Shown in pieces: positions 13,701 to 33,887 of a stretch of DNA of 64,000 nt (position 1 is the first letter of the stretch; every line of letters begins with the position of its first letter). Source of the DNA: Eledone cirrhosa (Eukaryota); the NCBI GenBank assembly GCA_964016885.1, contig OZ024741.1, positions 66,588,001 to 66,652,000 on the forward strand, written 5' to 3'. Below the pieces are notes generated by a model. The model was not told the origin of the DNA. It made no database searches and was given only the letters and a program-made list of their open reading frames with translations. The position numbers and the translations under genes are program-made.

Positions 13701-16700
13701 AACACCACACACCTGACACCACAAACCACACCACAACCCACACACTACACACCCCACACTACACACTACACACCACACACTACACACTACACACCACACA
13801 CCACACACTACACCCCACATACCATACACTACACACACCTCACACCACACACCACACTCCACACACTACACACCACACACAACACACTACACACCTCACA
13901 TCACACACTACACACTACACACAACACACCTCACACTACACAGCACACACTACATACAACACACTACACACCCCACATCACACACTACACACTACACACC
14001 ACACACCTCACACTACACACCTCACATAACGCACCTAACACTACCGCAATAAACTACACACTACACACTACACACTATAAACCTTACACACTATAAACCT
14101 TACACTACATACTAAACACACATACTACACACCACACACTACACGCCATACGCTATACACCACACATCACACATTACACACCATACACCACACATTACAC
14201 ACAACACATTACACACCACACACCAAACACCACGCTCTACACACTACACGATAGACATTACACACTACACGCTACACACTAGACATTAGACACCAAACAC
14301 CACACATAATAGACTACACACTACACACCACACACTACACACCACACACCACATACTACACACCACATAATACACACCACGCACTACACACTACATACCA
14401 CACACCACACACTACACACCACACACTACATACAACACACCACACACTACATACTTCACACTACACACCACACACTACACACGACACACTCCTCAAAACA
14501 CACCACGCACTACACATTAGACATTACACATTACACACCACACACTACACACCACACACCACACATGACACACTACACACTACAAGTTACGCACCACACA
14601 CTACATACTACACAACACACACCACACCACACACTACACACAACACACCACACATCACACCACACACTACACACCACACACCACCCACTACACACTACAC
14701 ACTACACACCACACAATACACACCACACCACATACTACACACTACATACACACACCACACACTACACACCACACATCATACACTTCATCAACACACACCA
14801 CACACTGCACACCACACACTACACACTACACACTACACACTACACACTACACACTACACACCAACACCACACATCACACACTACACACCACACATTATAC
14901 ACCACACACTACACTCCACACACCACACACTACATACTACACACCACACACTAAACACCACACACCACGCACTACACTTCACATACCACACACTACATAC
15001 TACACACCACACATAATACACTATACACCACACACTACACACTAAACACCACACATTACACACTACACACCACACACTATACACCACACACTACACTCCA
15101 CACACTACATACTACACACCACACACCACACACTACATACTACACACCACACACTAAACACCACATACCACACACTACATACTACACACCACACATAATA
15201 CACTATACACCACACACTACACACTAAACACCACACACCACACACTACACACCACACACCACACACTACAAACCTCACATCACACACCACGCACCACACA
15301 CTACACACAACACACCACACCCAATGCACTACACACCTCACACCACACACTAGAAGTCACACACCACACATCATTCACCATACACTACACACCACACACC
15401 TGACACCACAATCCACACCACAACCCACACACTACACACCACACACTACACACTACACACCACACACCACACACCATACACCAACACCAACACCACACAC
15501 CACACACTAAACACCACACACCACACACAACACTCCACATACCACACACTACACACTACACACCACATACTTCACACCACACACTACACACCTGACACTA
15601 CACACTACACACCAAACACAACACACTACATACTACACACCTCACACTACACACAACACACTACACACCATACACCACACACTACACAGCACACACACCA
15701 CAGCACACCAGACACTAAACACTACACACTACACACTTCATACTACAGAGCCCACACCACACATAACACACCCCTGACCACACCACACACTACAGACCAC
15801 ACACCACACACTACACAATAAATACCACACACAACGCATTACACACTACACACCACATACTACACACTAGACACTACACACCACACACCACACACTACAC
15901 ACTACACACATCTCACACCACACACTACACAACACACACCTCACAGCACACACACCACACTACACACTAAACACTACACACTACATACTACACACCACAC
16001 ACCACACACTACATACTTCACACCACACATCACACGCTAGACACCACACACCACACACCACACACTGCACACCACACACCACACACTACACACACCACAC
16101 CACACACCACACACCACACACAACACACTACACACCTCACATCACACACTACACACTACACACCATACACCTCACACTATACACCTCAAACTACACACCT
16201 CACATCATGAACTTCAAACTACCCGCAATAAACTACACACTACACGTGACACACTATACACCTTACACTACACACCACACACTACACACCATACGCTATA
16301 CACCACACACCACACTTTACACACCATACACCACACATTACACACCACACACCACATACTAAACACCACGCTCTACACACTACACACTAGACATTACACG
16401 CTAGACACCAAACACCACACATAATAGACTACACACTAAACACCACACACCACACACCACATACTACACACCACATAATACACACCACACACTACAAACT
16501 ATATACCACACACTACACACCACACACTACACACCACACACCGCACACTACATACTTCACACTACACACCACACACTACACACCACACACTCCTCAAAAC
16601 ACACCACACACTACACATTAGACATTACACATTACACACCACACACTACACACCACACACCACATATGACACACTACACACTACAAGTTACGCACCACAC

Positions 16701-19700
16701 ACTACACAACACACACCACACAACACACTACACACAACACACATCACACCACACATTACACACCACCCACCACACACTACACACTACACACCACACACTA
16801 CACACCACACCACATACTACACACTACATACACACACCACACACTACACACCACACATCATACACTTCATTAACACACACTACACACTACACACCACACA
16901 CCACACACTACACACAACACACCTCACACCACACATACTACACACTACACACTACACACCACACACCAACACCACACATCACACACTACACACCACACAT
17001 TATACACCACACACTATATTCCACACACCACACACCACACACTATATACTACACACCACACACCACACAGAACATACTACACACCACACACTAAACACCA
17101 CACACTACACTCCACAGACTACACACTACATACCACACACGACACATAATACACCATACACCACACACTACACACTAAACACCTCACACCACACACTACA
17201 CACCACACACTACACACTTCACATCACACACCACACACCACGCACCACACACCACACACCACACACCACACCCAATGCACTACACACCTCACACCACACA
17301 CTAGAAATCACACACCACAAATCATTCACCATTCACTACACACCACACACCACACAACACACTACCCACTACACACCACACACTACACATTACACACCAC
17401 ACACTACACAGCACACACTACACACCACGCACTACACACTACACACTAGACATTACACATTACACACCACACACTACACACCACACAACACACATGACAC
17501 ACTACACACTACGCACCACACACTACACACAACACACGACACATCACATCACACACTACACATCACACACCACACTCTAGACACATCACACCACACACTA
17601 CACGCCACACACCATTCACCATACACTACACACCACACACCACACCCAATACACCACCCACCGCACACTACACACTACCCACTACACACCGCACACCACA
17701 CATTACACACCACACACCACACACTACATACTACACACTACACACCACACACCACACACTGTAAACCGCCCACTACACACACACAGCAAACACTACACAT
17801 CACACAACAGCACAACCTACACACCACACACCACACAGTACACACCGCGCACTACACACTACACACCACACACTAGACATCACACACCACACGCCACACA
17901 CTAAACACTACACACCACACATCGCACACCACGCACCATACACTGCACACTACATACCACATACCACACACTACACATCACACACCACACACCACACACT
18001 ACACACCACACACTACACACCACACACCACAAACTCCACACCACACAACACACCTAATGCACTACACACCTCACACCACACACTACACATCACACACCAC
18101 ACACTACACACCTCACACCACACACTACATACCACACACCGCACATCATTCACCATACACTACACACCACACCCAATACACCACACACCACACACCACAC
18201 ACTACCCACTACACACCACACACCACACATTACACACAACACATTACACACCACACAACACACATGACACACTACACACTACACGCTACGCACCACACAC
18301 TACACACAACACACCATGCATCACACACCACACTACACACCACACACTACACACCGCACTACACACTACATACCACACACCACAAACTACACACCACACA
18401 CAACACACCACACACGACACACAACAAAACAAACACTGCACACCACACACTAAGCACACAGCACACACCACACAGCACACAGCACACACCACACACCACA
18501 CACCACACATTACACACCACACACTACACACTACACACCACACACCACATACTACGAACTACACACAACACAACACACACGACACACCACACAACAAACA
18601 CTGCACACCACACACACAGCACACACTACACACCAAACACCACACAGCACACACTACACACCACACCACAAAGTACACACTACACACCACACACTGCACA
18701 CCACACAGCACACAGCACACACTACACACCACACACCACACACTACACACCACACACCACACACCACACACTACACACCACACACTACACACCACACCTC
18801 ACACACCTCACACTACACACCACGCACGACACTCTACAGACCACACACCACACACTACACACCACAAACCACACATTACACACAACACACTACACACCAC
18901 ACACTACACACCACACACTACACACTACACACCACACACCACACACCACACACCACACATTACACACCACACAGCACACACCACACACTACACACGACAC
19001 ACCACACACTACCAACTACACACCACACACCATGCACTACACAGTACACACTACACACCACACACCACACACCTCATACTACACACTACACACCACACAC
19101 TACACATTACACATTGCCCCCCCCACCATACACACCACATCACGCACCACACACTACACACCACACACCACACACTTGACATCAAACACCACACGCCACA
19201 CACTTCACACTACACACCACACATTACACATCACAAACCACACAGTACACACCACACACAACACACCACACATCACACACTACATACCACACACCACACA
19301 CCACACAACAGACACTATACACCACACACCACACACCACACACCGCACACCTCATACCACACACTACACACCACACACCACACACCACAAACTACACACC
19401 ACACACCACACACCACACACTACACACCACACACTACACTCAATACACTACACACAACACACCACACACCACACACTACACTCAAAACATTACACATTAG
19501 ACATTACAAACCAGACACTACACACTACACTCTACACTCTACACACCACACACTACACACAACGCCCTACAAACCACACACTACACACCACACAGTACAC
19601 ATCCCAGACCACACACCACACACCACACATTACACATCACACACCACACACTACACAGTACACACTACACACTACACACCACATACTACGAACTACACAC

Positions 19701-22700
19701 CACACACCACACACCACACACCACACAACAAACACTGCACACCACACACACAGCACACACTACACACCACACACCACACACTACACACCACACCACAAAG
19801 TACACACTACACACCACACACTGCACACCACACAGCACACAGCACACACTACACACCACACACCACACACTACACACCACACACCACACACCACACACTA
19901 CACACCACACACTACACACCACACCTCACACACCTCACACTACACACCACGCACGACACTCAACACACAACACACCACACACCACACACTACACACCACA
20001 AACCACACATTACACACAACACGCTATACACCACACACTACACACCACACACTACACACTACACACCACACACCACACACCACACACCACACATTACACA
20101 CCACACAGCACACACCACACACTACACACGACACACCACACACTACCAACTACAGACCACACACCATGCACTACACAGTACACACTACACACCACACACA
20201 CCACACACACCACACACCTCATACTACACACTACACACCACACACTACACATTACACATTGCCCCCCCCCCCCCACACCACACACCACATCACGCACCAC
20301 ACACCACACACCACACACTTGACATCAAACACCAGACGCCACACACTTCACACTACACATTACACATCACAAACCACACACTACACACCAAACACCACAC
20401 ACCACACATCACACACTACATACCACACACCACACACCACACACCACACAACAGACACTATGCACCACACACCACACACCGCACACCTCACACCACACAC
20501 TACACACCACACACCACACACCACAAACTACACACCACAAACCACACACCACACACCACACACTACACACCACACACTACACTCAATACACTACACACAA
20601 CACACCACACACCACACACCACACACTACACTCAAAACATTACACATTAGACATTACAAATCAGACACTACACACTACACTCTACACACCACACACTACA
20701 CACAACACCCTACAAACCACACACTACACACCACACACTACACATCACACACTACACACTACACACCACGCACTACACTCAACACATTACACACTAGACA
20801 TTACACACCAGACACTACACACTACACAATACACGCTATAAACCACACACCACACAGTGCACACCACACAGCACACAGCACACAGCACACACTACACACC
20901 ACACACCACACACTACAGACCACACACCACACACTACACACCACACACTACACATTACACACCACACACTACACACCACACCTCACACACCTCACACTAC
21001 ACACCACGCACTACACTCTACACACTATACACCACACACCACACACCACACACCACACATTACACACCACACAGCACACACCACACACTACACACGACAC
21101 ACCACACACTACACACCACACACTACCAACTACACACCACACACCATGCACTACACAGTACACACCACACACCACACACCACACACCACACATTACACAC
21201 CACACAGCACACACCACACACTACACACGACACACCACACATTACACACCACACACTACCAACTACACACCACACACCATGCACTACACAGTACACACTA
21301 CACACCACACACCACACACCACACACCTCATACTACACACTACACACCACACACTACACATTACACATTGCCCACCATCCACCATCCACGACACACAACA
21401 CATCACGCACCACACACTACACACCACACACCACACACTTGACATCAAACACCACACGCCACACACTACACACTACACACCACACACTACACATCACACA
21501 CCACACACTACACACCACACACCACACATCACACACTACATACCACACACCACACACCACACAACAGACACTATACACCAAACACCACACACCACACACC
21601 GCACACCTCACACCACACAGTACACACCACACACCACAAACTACACACCACACACCACACACTACACTCAATACAGTACACACGACACACCTCACACTAC
21701 ATACTACACACAACAAACCACACACCACACACTACACTCAAAACATTACACATTAGACATTACAAACCAGACACTACACACTACACACTACACACCACAC
21801 ACTACACACAACACCCTACAAATCACACACTACACACCACACACTACACATCACACACTACACACTACACACCACGCACTACACTCAACACATTAAACAC
21901 TAGACATTACACACCAGACACTACACACTACACAATACACGCTATAGACCACACACCACACACTACACACCACACACTACACACTACACACCACACACGA
22001 CACACTACACACCACACACCACACACCACACCCAATGCACTACACACCTCACACCACACACTACACATCACACACCACACACTACACACCTCACACCACA
22101 CACTACATAACACACACCACACACCATTCACCATACACTACACATCACACACCACACCCAATACACCACACACCCCACACTACACACTACCCACTACACA
22201 CTACACACCACACACCACACATTACGCATCACACACCACACACTATACACTACACACCACACACCACATACTACGCAGCACACACCACACACCACACCAC
22301 ACAACAAACACTGCACACCACACATACAGCACACACTACACACCACACACCACACTGCACACACTGCACACAACACACCACAAAGTACACACTACACACC
22401 ACACACTACACACCACACACCAACAACACACACCACACACTACACAACACACACTAAACACAACACACCACACACTACACTCCACATACCACACACCACA
22501 CACCACACACCACACACCTCACACGACACACCATACACCACACGCTACACACCACACACTAAACACCACACACTACACACCACACACCTCAAACCACACA
22601 CCGTAAACCACACGCTACGCACCACACACTGCACACTACACACCACACACCACTCACTACACACTACACATTACACACCACACAACACACATGACACACT

Positions 22701-25700
22701 ACACACTACACGCTACGCACCACACACTAAACACAACACATCACACACCACACTACACACTACACACTACACACCACGCACTACACACCACACTACATAC
22801 CTCACACCACTCACTACACACCACACACTACACAACCACACACCACACACAACACACTACACTCAACACACTAAACACCACACGTCTCACACCACACACT
22901 ACACACCACACACTACACACTACACACCACACACCAACACCACACACCACACACTAAACACCACACACCACACACTACACTCCACATAGCACACACCACA
23001 CACTACGCACTACACACCACACACTACACACCACACATTACGCACCACACACCACACGCTACACACCACACACCACACACCACACATTACACACCACACA
23101 CTACACACCACACGCTACGCACCACACGCCACACACTTCACACTAAACACCATACACCACACCTCACTCACCTCTAACACCACTTACCACACACTACACA
23201 CCACACACCACACACCACACACTACACACTACACACCACACACCAACACCACACACCACACACCACACACTACACTCCACATACCACACACCACACAGTA
23301 CATACTACATACCACACACTACACACCACACACCACACACCACACACTACACACCACACACTACACAGCACACACCACACACCACACACTACACACTACA
23401 CACCACACACCAACACCACACACCACACACCACACACTACACTCCACATACCACACACCACACAGTACATACTACATACCACACACTACACACCACACAC
23501 CACACACCACACACTACACACCACACACTACACACCACACACCACACACCACACACTACACACTACACACCACACACCAACACCACACACCACACACCAC
23601 ACACCACACACTACACTCCACATACCACACACCACACAGTACATACTACATACCACACACTACACACCACACACCACACACCACACACTACACACCACAC
23701 ATTACACAGCACACACCACACGCTACACAGCAGACACCACACACTACACACCACGCACTACACACCACACACCTCACACCACACACCATACACCACACGC
23801 TACGCACCATACACTACACACTACACACTAAACACCACACTCTAAACACCACACACCACACACTAGACATTACACATTACACACCACACAACACACAGTA
23901 CACACTACACATTACACGCTACGCACCACACATCACACAACACATCACAAACCACACTACACACCACACACCTCACACCACACACTACACACTACACACC
24001 ACACACTACACACCACACTACACACTACATACTACACAACCACACACCACACACTACACTCAACACACACTACACACCACTCACCCCACACCACACACTA
24101 CACACTACACACTACACACCACACACTACACTCCACACACTACATACCATACACCACACACTACACAACCACACACCACACACTACACTCAACACACACA
24201 CCACACTACACACCACACACCTCACACTACACACTACACACCACACACTACACACCACACAACACACTACATACCACACACCACACATTACACACCACAC
24301 ACTACATAACGACACACTACACTCAACACGCACTACAAACCACACACCACACACCACCCACTACACACCACACACTACACACTACACACCGCACACCAAC
24401 ACCACACACCACACACTACACACCACACATTAAACACCCCACACCACCCACTACACTCCACATACCCTACACCACACACTACACACTACACACCACACAC
24501 TACACACCACACATTACACACCACACACCACACACCACACACCACACACCTCACACAACACACCATACACCACACGCTACGCACCACACACTACACACTA
24601 AACACAACACGACACACACCACACACTACTCACCTCACGCCAACGCCACATACCACGCGCCACACACTACACCCCACACACCAGACACCATACCCAATGC
24701 ACTACACAGCTCACACCACACACTACACACCACACACCACACACTACACACCAGACACTACACACTACACACCGCACACCAACACCACACACCACACACT
24801 ACACACCACACACTAAACACCCCACACCACACACTACACTCCACATACCCTACACCACACACTACATACTACACACCACACACTACATACCACACATTAC
24901 ACACCACACACCACACACCACACACCACACACCACACACCACACACTACACACCACACATTATACACCACACACTACACACCACACACCTCACACAACAC
25001 ACCATACACCACACGCTACGCACCACACACTACACACTAAACACAACACGACACTCACCACACACTACTCACCTCACACCACACGCCACATACCACGCGC
25101 CACACACTACACCCCACACACTACACCCCACACACCACACACCATACCCAATGCACTACACAGCTCACACCACACACTACACACCACACACTACACACCA
25201 CACACTACACACCGCACACCAACATCACACACCACACACTACACACCACACACTAAACACCCCACACCACACACTTTACTCCACATACCCTACACCACAC
25301 ACTACATACTACACACCACACACTACACACCACACATTACACACCCCACACCACACACCACACACCACACACTACACACCACACATTACACACCACGCGC
25401 CACACACTACACCCCACACACCACACACCATACCCAATGCACTACACACCTCACACCACACACTACACACCACACACCACACACTACACAGCAAACACCA
25501 CACACCACACAATACACACCACACACCAACAGCAGACACCACACACTACACACTACACTCCACATACCAGACACCACAAACTACATACTACACACCACAC
25601 ACCATACACCACATACCACACACCACACGCTACACACCACACACCACCCGCTACACACCACACACCACACGCTACACACCACACAGCACACGCTACACAC

Positions 25701-28700
25701 CACACACCACACACCACACACCACACACCTCACGCTACGCACCACACACTACACACTAAACACCACACACCACACTCCACACACTACACACCTCACACCA
25801 CACGCCATACACCACGCGCCACACACTACACACCACACACCACACCCAATGCACTACACACCTCACAACACACACTACACACCACACACCACACACCACA
25901 CACTACACACCACACACTACACACCACACACCACACACCACACATCACACTCAATGCACTACACACCTCACACCACACACTACATAACACACACCACACA
26001 CCATTCGCAATACACTACACACTACACATCACACACCACACACTACACACCTCACACCACACACTACATAACACACACCACACACCATTCGCAATACACT
26101 ACACACCACACACCACACACAATACACCACACACCCCACTCTACATACTACCAAATACACACCACACACCACACATTACACATTACACACCACACACCAC
26201 ACACTACACTCCACATACCACACACCACACACGACATACTACACACCACACACTACACACCACACATTACACACCTCACACCAGACACTACACTCCACAT
26301 ACCCAACACCACACACTACATACTACACACCACACACTACACTCCACATACCCAACACCACACACTACATACTACACACCACACACTACACACCACACAT
26401 TACACACCACACACCACAGACCACACACTACACACCACACACCTCACACCACACACCATACACCACACGCTACACACCACACACCACACACTACACACCA
26501 CACACCACACACCATACACCACACGCTACACACCACACACCACACACTACACACCACACACCACACCCAATGCACTATACACCTCACACCACACACTACA
26601 CATCACACACCACACAGTACACACCTCACATCACACACTACATAACACACACCACACACCATTCACCATACACTACACAACAAACACTGCACACCACACA
26701 CACAACAAACACTGCACACCACACACACAGCACACACTAAACACCACACACCACACAGCACACACTGCACACAACACATCACAAAGTACACACTACACAC
26801 CACACACCAACAACACACACCACACACTACACAACACACACTAAACACAACACACCACACACTACACTCCACATACCACACACCACACACCACACACCTC
26901 ACACGACACACCATACACCACACGCTACACACCACACACCACACACTAAACACCACACACTACACACCACACACCTCACACCACACACCGTAAACCACAC
27001 GCTATGCACCACACACTACACACTACACACCACACACCACTCACTACACACTACACACCACACAACACACATGACACACTACACACTACACACCACACAC
27101 TAAACACAACACATCACACACCACACTACACACCACACACCTCACACCACACACTACACACTACACACCACGCACTACACACCACACTACATACCTCACA
27201 CCACGCACTACACACCACACACTACACAACCACACACCACACACCACACACTACACTCAACACACTACACTCAACACACACTAAACACCAAACGTCTCAC
27301 ACCACACACCACACACTACACACCACACACTACACACTACACACCACACACCTCACACCACACACCATACACCACACGCTACACACCACACACCACACAC
27401 TAAACACAACACATCACACACCACACTACACACCACACACCTCACACCACACACTACACACTACACACCACGCACTACACACCACACTACATACCTCACA
27501 CCACTCACTACACACCACACACTACACAACCACACACCACACACCACACACTACACTCAACACACTACACTCAACACACACTAAACACCACACGTCTCAC
27601 ACCACACACCACACACTACACACCACACACTACACACTACACACCACACACCTCACACCACACACCATACACCACACGCTACACACCACACACCACATAC
27701 CACACACTACACACCACACACCACACCCAATGCACTATACACCTCACACCACACACTACACATCACACACCACACAGTACACACCTCACATCACACACTA
27801 CATAACACACACCACACACCATTCACCATACACTACACATCACACACCACACCCAATACACCCCCCCCCCCACACTACACACTACCCACTACACACCACA
27901 CACCACACACCACACACCACACATTACACATCACACACCACACAATACACAGTACACACTACACACTACACACCACATACTACGCACTACACACCACACA
28001 CGACACACCACACAACAAACACTGCACACCACACACTAAGCACACACCACACACCACACAGCACACAGCACACACTACACACCACACACCACAAAGTACA
28101 CACTACACACCACACACCACGCACCACACACTGCACATCACACACCACACCCAATGCACTATACACCTCACACCACACACTACACATCACACACCACACA
28201 GTACACATCACACACCACACACCACACAGTACACACTACAGACTACACACCACACACCACATACTACGAACTACACACCACACACCACACACGACACATC
28301 ACACAACAAACACTGCACACCACACACACAGCACACACTACACACCACACACCACACAGCACACACTACACACCACACCACAAAGTACACACTACACACC
28401 ACACACCACACACTGCACACCACACAGCACACAGTACACACCACACACCACACACCACACACTACACACCACACCTCACACACCTCACACTACACACCAC
28501 GCACTACACTCAACACACTACACACCACACACTACACACGACACACTACACACTACACACCACAAACCACACATTACACACAACACACTACACACCACAC
28601 ACTACACACCACACACCTCACACCACACACCGCACACCTAACACCACACACTACATACCACACACCACACACCACAAACTACACACCACACACCACACAC

Positions 28701-31700
28701 CACACACCACACACTACACACCACACACTACACTCAATACACTACACACAACACACCACACACCACACACCACACTCAAAACATTACACATTAGACATTA
28801 CAAACCAGACACTACACACTACACTTTACACACCACACACTACACACAACACCCTACAAACCACACACCACACACTACACATCACACACTACACACTACA
28901 CACCACGCACTACACTCAACACACTACACACTACACACCACACACCACACACCACACATCACACAACACACCACACACCACATACTACACACCACACACT
29001 AAACTCATTACACTACACACCACACACCACACACCACACACTACACACCATGCACTACACAGTACACACTACACACAACACACCACACAGCTGATACTAC
29101 ACACTACACACCACACACTACACATTACACATTGCCCACCATCCACAACCCACCACACACAACACATCACGCACCACACACTACACACCACACACCACAC
29201 ACTTGACATCAAACACCACACGCCACACACTACACACCACACACCACACACTACACATCACACACCACACACTACACACCACACACCACACACTACATAC
29301 CACACACCACACAACAGACACTATACACCACACACCTCACACCACACACCACACACCACACACCACACACCACAAACCACACACCACACACCACACACTA
29401 CACTCAATACACTACACACAACACACCTCACACTACACACTACATACAACACACCACACACCACACACCACACACTACACTCAAAACATTACACATTAGA
29501 CACTACAAACCAGACACTACACACTACACACCACACACTACACACAACACCCTACAAACCACACACTACACACCACACACTACACATAACACACTACACA
29601 CTACACACCACGCACTACACTCAACACATTACACACTAGACATTACACACCAGACACTACACACTACACAATACACGCTATAAACCACACACTACACACC
29701 ACACACTACACACTACACACCACACACCACACACCACACCCAATGCACTACACACCTCACACCACACACTACACATCACACACCACACACTACACACCTC
29801 ACACCACACACTACATAACACACACCACACACCATTCACCATACACTACACATCACACACCACACCCAATACACCACACACCCCACACTACACACTACCC
29901 ACTACACACTATACACCACACACCACGCACCACACATTACGCATCACACACCACACACTACACACCACACACCATATACGACGCACCACACACCACACAC
30001 CACACCACACAACAAACACTACACACCACACAGCACACACTGCACACAACACATCACAAAGTACACACTACACACCACACACCAACAACACACACCACAC
30101 ACTACACAACACACACTAAACACAACACACCACACACTACACTCCACATACCACACACCACACACCACACACCTCACACGACACACCATACACCACACGC
30201 TACACACCACACACCACACACTAAACACCACACACTACACACCACACACCACACACCGTAAACCACACGCTACGCACCACACACTACACACTACACACTA
30301 CACACCACACACCACTCACTACACACTACACACCACACAACACACATGACACACTACACACTACACACCACACACTAAACACAACACATCACACACCACA
30401 CTACACACCACACACCTCACACCACACACCACACACTACACACTACACACCACGCACTACACACCACACTACATACCTCACACCACTCACTACACACCAC
30501 ACACTACACAACCACACACCACACACCACACACTACACTCAACACACTACACTCAACACACACTAAACACCACACGTCTCACACCACACACCACACACTA
30601 CACACCACATACTACACACTACACACCACACACCAACACCACACACCACACACCACACACTAAACACCACACACCACACACTACACTCCACATACCACAC
30701 ACCACACACTACGTACTACACACCACACACTACACACCACACATTACGCACCACGCATTACGCACCACACACCACACGCTACACACCACACACCACACAC
30801 TACACACCACACACTACACACTACACACCACACACTACACACCACACACCTCACACCACACACCACACGCTACGCACCACACACCACACACTACACACTA
30901 AACACCACACACTACACCCCACACACTACTCACCTCTAACACCACTTACCACACACTACACACCACACACCACACACTACACACTACACACGAACACCAC
31001 ACACCACACACCACACACTACACTCCACATACCACACACCACACAGTACATACTACACACCACACACTACACACCACACATTACACTCCACACATTACAC
31101 ACCACACACTACACAGCACACACCACACACTACACACCACGCACTACACACCACACACCTCACACCACACACCATACACCACACGCTACGCACCACACAC
31201 TACACACTAAACACCACACTCTAAACACCACACACCACTCACTACACACTAGACATTACACATTACACACCACACAACACACATGACACACTACACATTA
31301 CACGCTACGCACCACACACATCACACAACACATCACAAACCACACTACACACCACACACCTCACACCACACACTACACACTACACACCACACACTACACA
31401 CCACACTACACACTACATACTACACAACCACACACCACACATTACACTCAACACACACTACACACCACACACCACTCACCCCACACCACACACTACACAC
31501 TACACACCACACACTACACTCCACACACTACATACCATACACCACACACTACACAACCACACACCACACACTACACTCAACACACACACCACACTACACA
31601 CCACACACCTCACACTACACACTACACACCACACTACACACTACATACCACACACCACACACTACACACCACACACTACATAATCACACACTACACTCAA

Positions 31701-33440
31701 CACGCACTACAAACCACACACCACACACCACACACCACACACTACACACTACACACTACACACCGCACACCAACACCACACACTACACACCACACACTAA
31801 ACACCCCACACCACCCACTACACTCCACATACCCTACACCACACACTACATACTACACCACACACACTACACACCACACATTACACACCACACACCACAC
31901 ACCACACACTACACATCACACACCTCACACAACACACCATACACCACACGCTACGCACCACACACTACACACTAAACACAACACGACACACACCACACAC
32001 TACTCACCTCACATCACACACCACATACCACGCGCCACACACTACACCCCACACACCACACACCATACCCAATGCACTACACACCTCACACCACACACTA
32101 CACACCACACACCACACACTACACAGCAAACACCACACACTACACACCACACATCACACACTACACACTACACACCACACACCACACATTACACGCAACA
32201 CACTACACACCACACACTACACATGACACACCACACACCACACACCACACACTACACACCACACACCACACACTACCAACTACACACAACACACCACACA
32301 CTACACACTACACACATCACACTACACACTACACATCACACACCACACTACACACCACACCACACCACGCACCACACACTACACACCACACACCACACGC
32401 CACACACTAAACACCACACACCACGCACTACACTCCACACACACCACACACTACATACTACACACCACACACTATACACTATACACCACACACTACACAC
32501 TAAACACCACACACTACACACCACACACCACACACCACACACCACACACCTCACACCACACACTACACACCACACACCACACACTAAACACCACACACTA
32601 CACACCACACACTACACACCACACACTACACACTACACACTACCAACTACACACCACACACCACGCACTACAGAATACACACTACACACCACACACCACA
32701 CACTACACACCTCATACTACACACTACACACCACCCACCACACACAACACACCACACACCACATACCTCACACTTCACACTACACACTTCACACCACACT
32801 ACACACCACACCACGCACCACACACTACACACCACACGCCACACACTACACACTACACACCACACACTACACATCACATACCACACACCACACACTACAC
32901 ACTACACACCACACACCACACACTACACACCACACACTACACACCACACACCACACACCACACACCACCCACCACACACTACATACCACACACCACACCC
33001 CAGACACTACAGACTACACACCACACACCACACACCACACACCTCACACCACACACCTCACACCACACACTACACACCACACACCACACACCACACACTA
33101 CACACCACACACTACACTCAACACACTACACACTACACACCACACACCACACACTACACACATCACACAACACACCACACACCACATACTACACACCACA
33201 CACTAAACTCATTACACTACACACCACACACCACACACCACACACCACACACCAACACCACACACCACACACTCAAAACATTACACACTAGACAGTATAC
33301 ACCAGACACTACACACTACACATCACACACTACACCCTACAAACCACACACTACACACCACACACTACACATCACACACTACACACTACACACCACACAC
33401 TACACACTACATACCACGCACTACACTCAACATATTACAC
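7720..33440. repeat. ~25.7-kb irregular (YACAC / YACACAC)n satellite with higher-order duplications
   Basis: The + strand is almost only C and A, built from mixed 5-mer and 7-mer units (CACAC, TACAC, CACACAC, TACACAC). Rare variant words recur at kb spacing. Confidence 0.97.
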
Positions 33441-33845
33441 TTAATATATACCACACGTACAGCTACACACACACATGCACACACACACACACACACCTGC
33501 ACACGTACAAATGCACACACACATTTAGAAATGCACACGCACACACACACTCACTCACACGTATAAATACACACGTGCACACGCAGACACAAACGACCAC
33601 ACGTACAAATATACATACACACAAACGCACACACGTACAAATACACACACAAACACACACACGTATAAATACACACACACAAACGCACACACGTACTCAC
33701 AGACGTACACACATACGTAGACACACAGAGGTAGACACACACAGAACCAACGTCACGTCATCACAACATATTGACCCCCACCCACACTCACGTTCAGTCT
33801 AAAAATAGAATCAATCATTATATTACAGAAGAATTTCTAATTTAC

Positions 33846-33885
33846 CTAACCAGCACTTGCAGCATTTTCCTTTTGTCTTTACATT
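33846..33885 (-). other. Candidate 40-nt exon
   Basis: tattattactacag|AATGTAAAGACAAAAGGAAAATGCTGCAAGTGCTGGTTAG|gtaaat. Two frames open; unique island between repeat tracts. Confidence 0.25.
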
Positions 33886-33887
33886 CT

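Noticed and set aside
8157-33206. Long His/Thr-rich ORFs, including 1279 aa at 18057-21896
   Set aside because: A C/A-only strand rarely forms stop codons. ORFs overlap in several frames and the 5/7-nt units do not preserve frame.
7720-33440. Telomeric or telomerase-made repeat (resembles yeast TG1-3)
   Set aside because: No TTAGGG arrays, internal position, and kb-scale duplications point to recombinational expansion.
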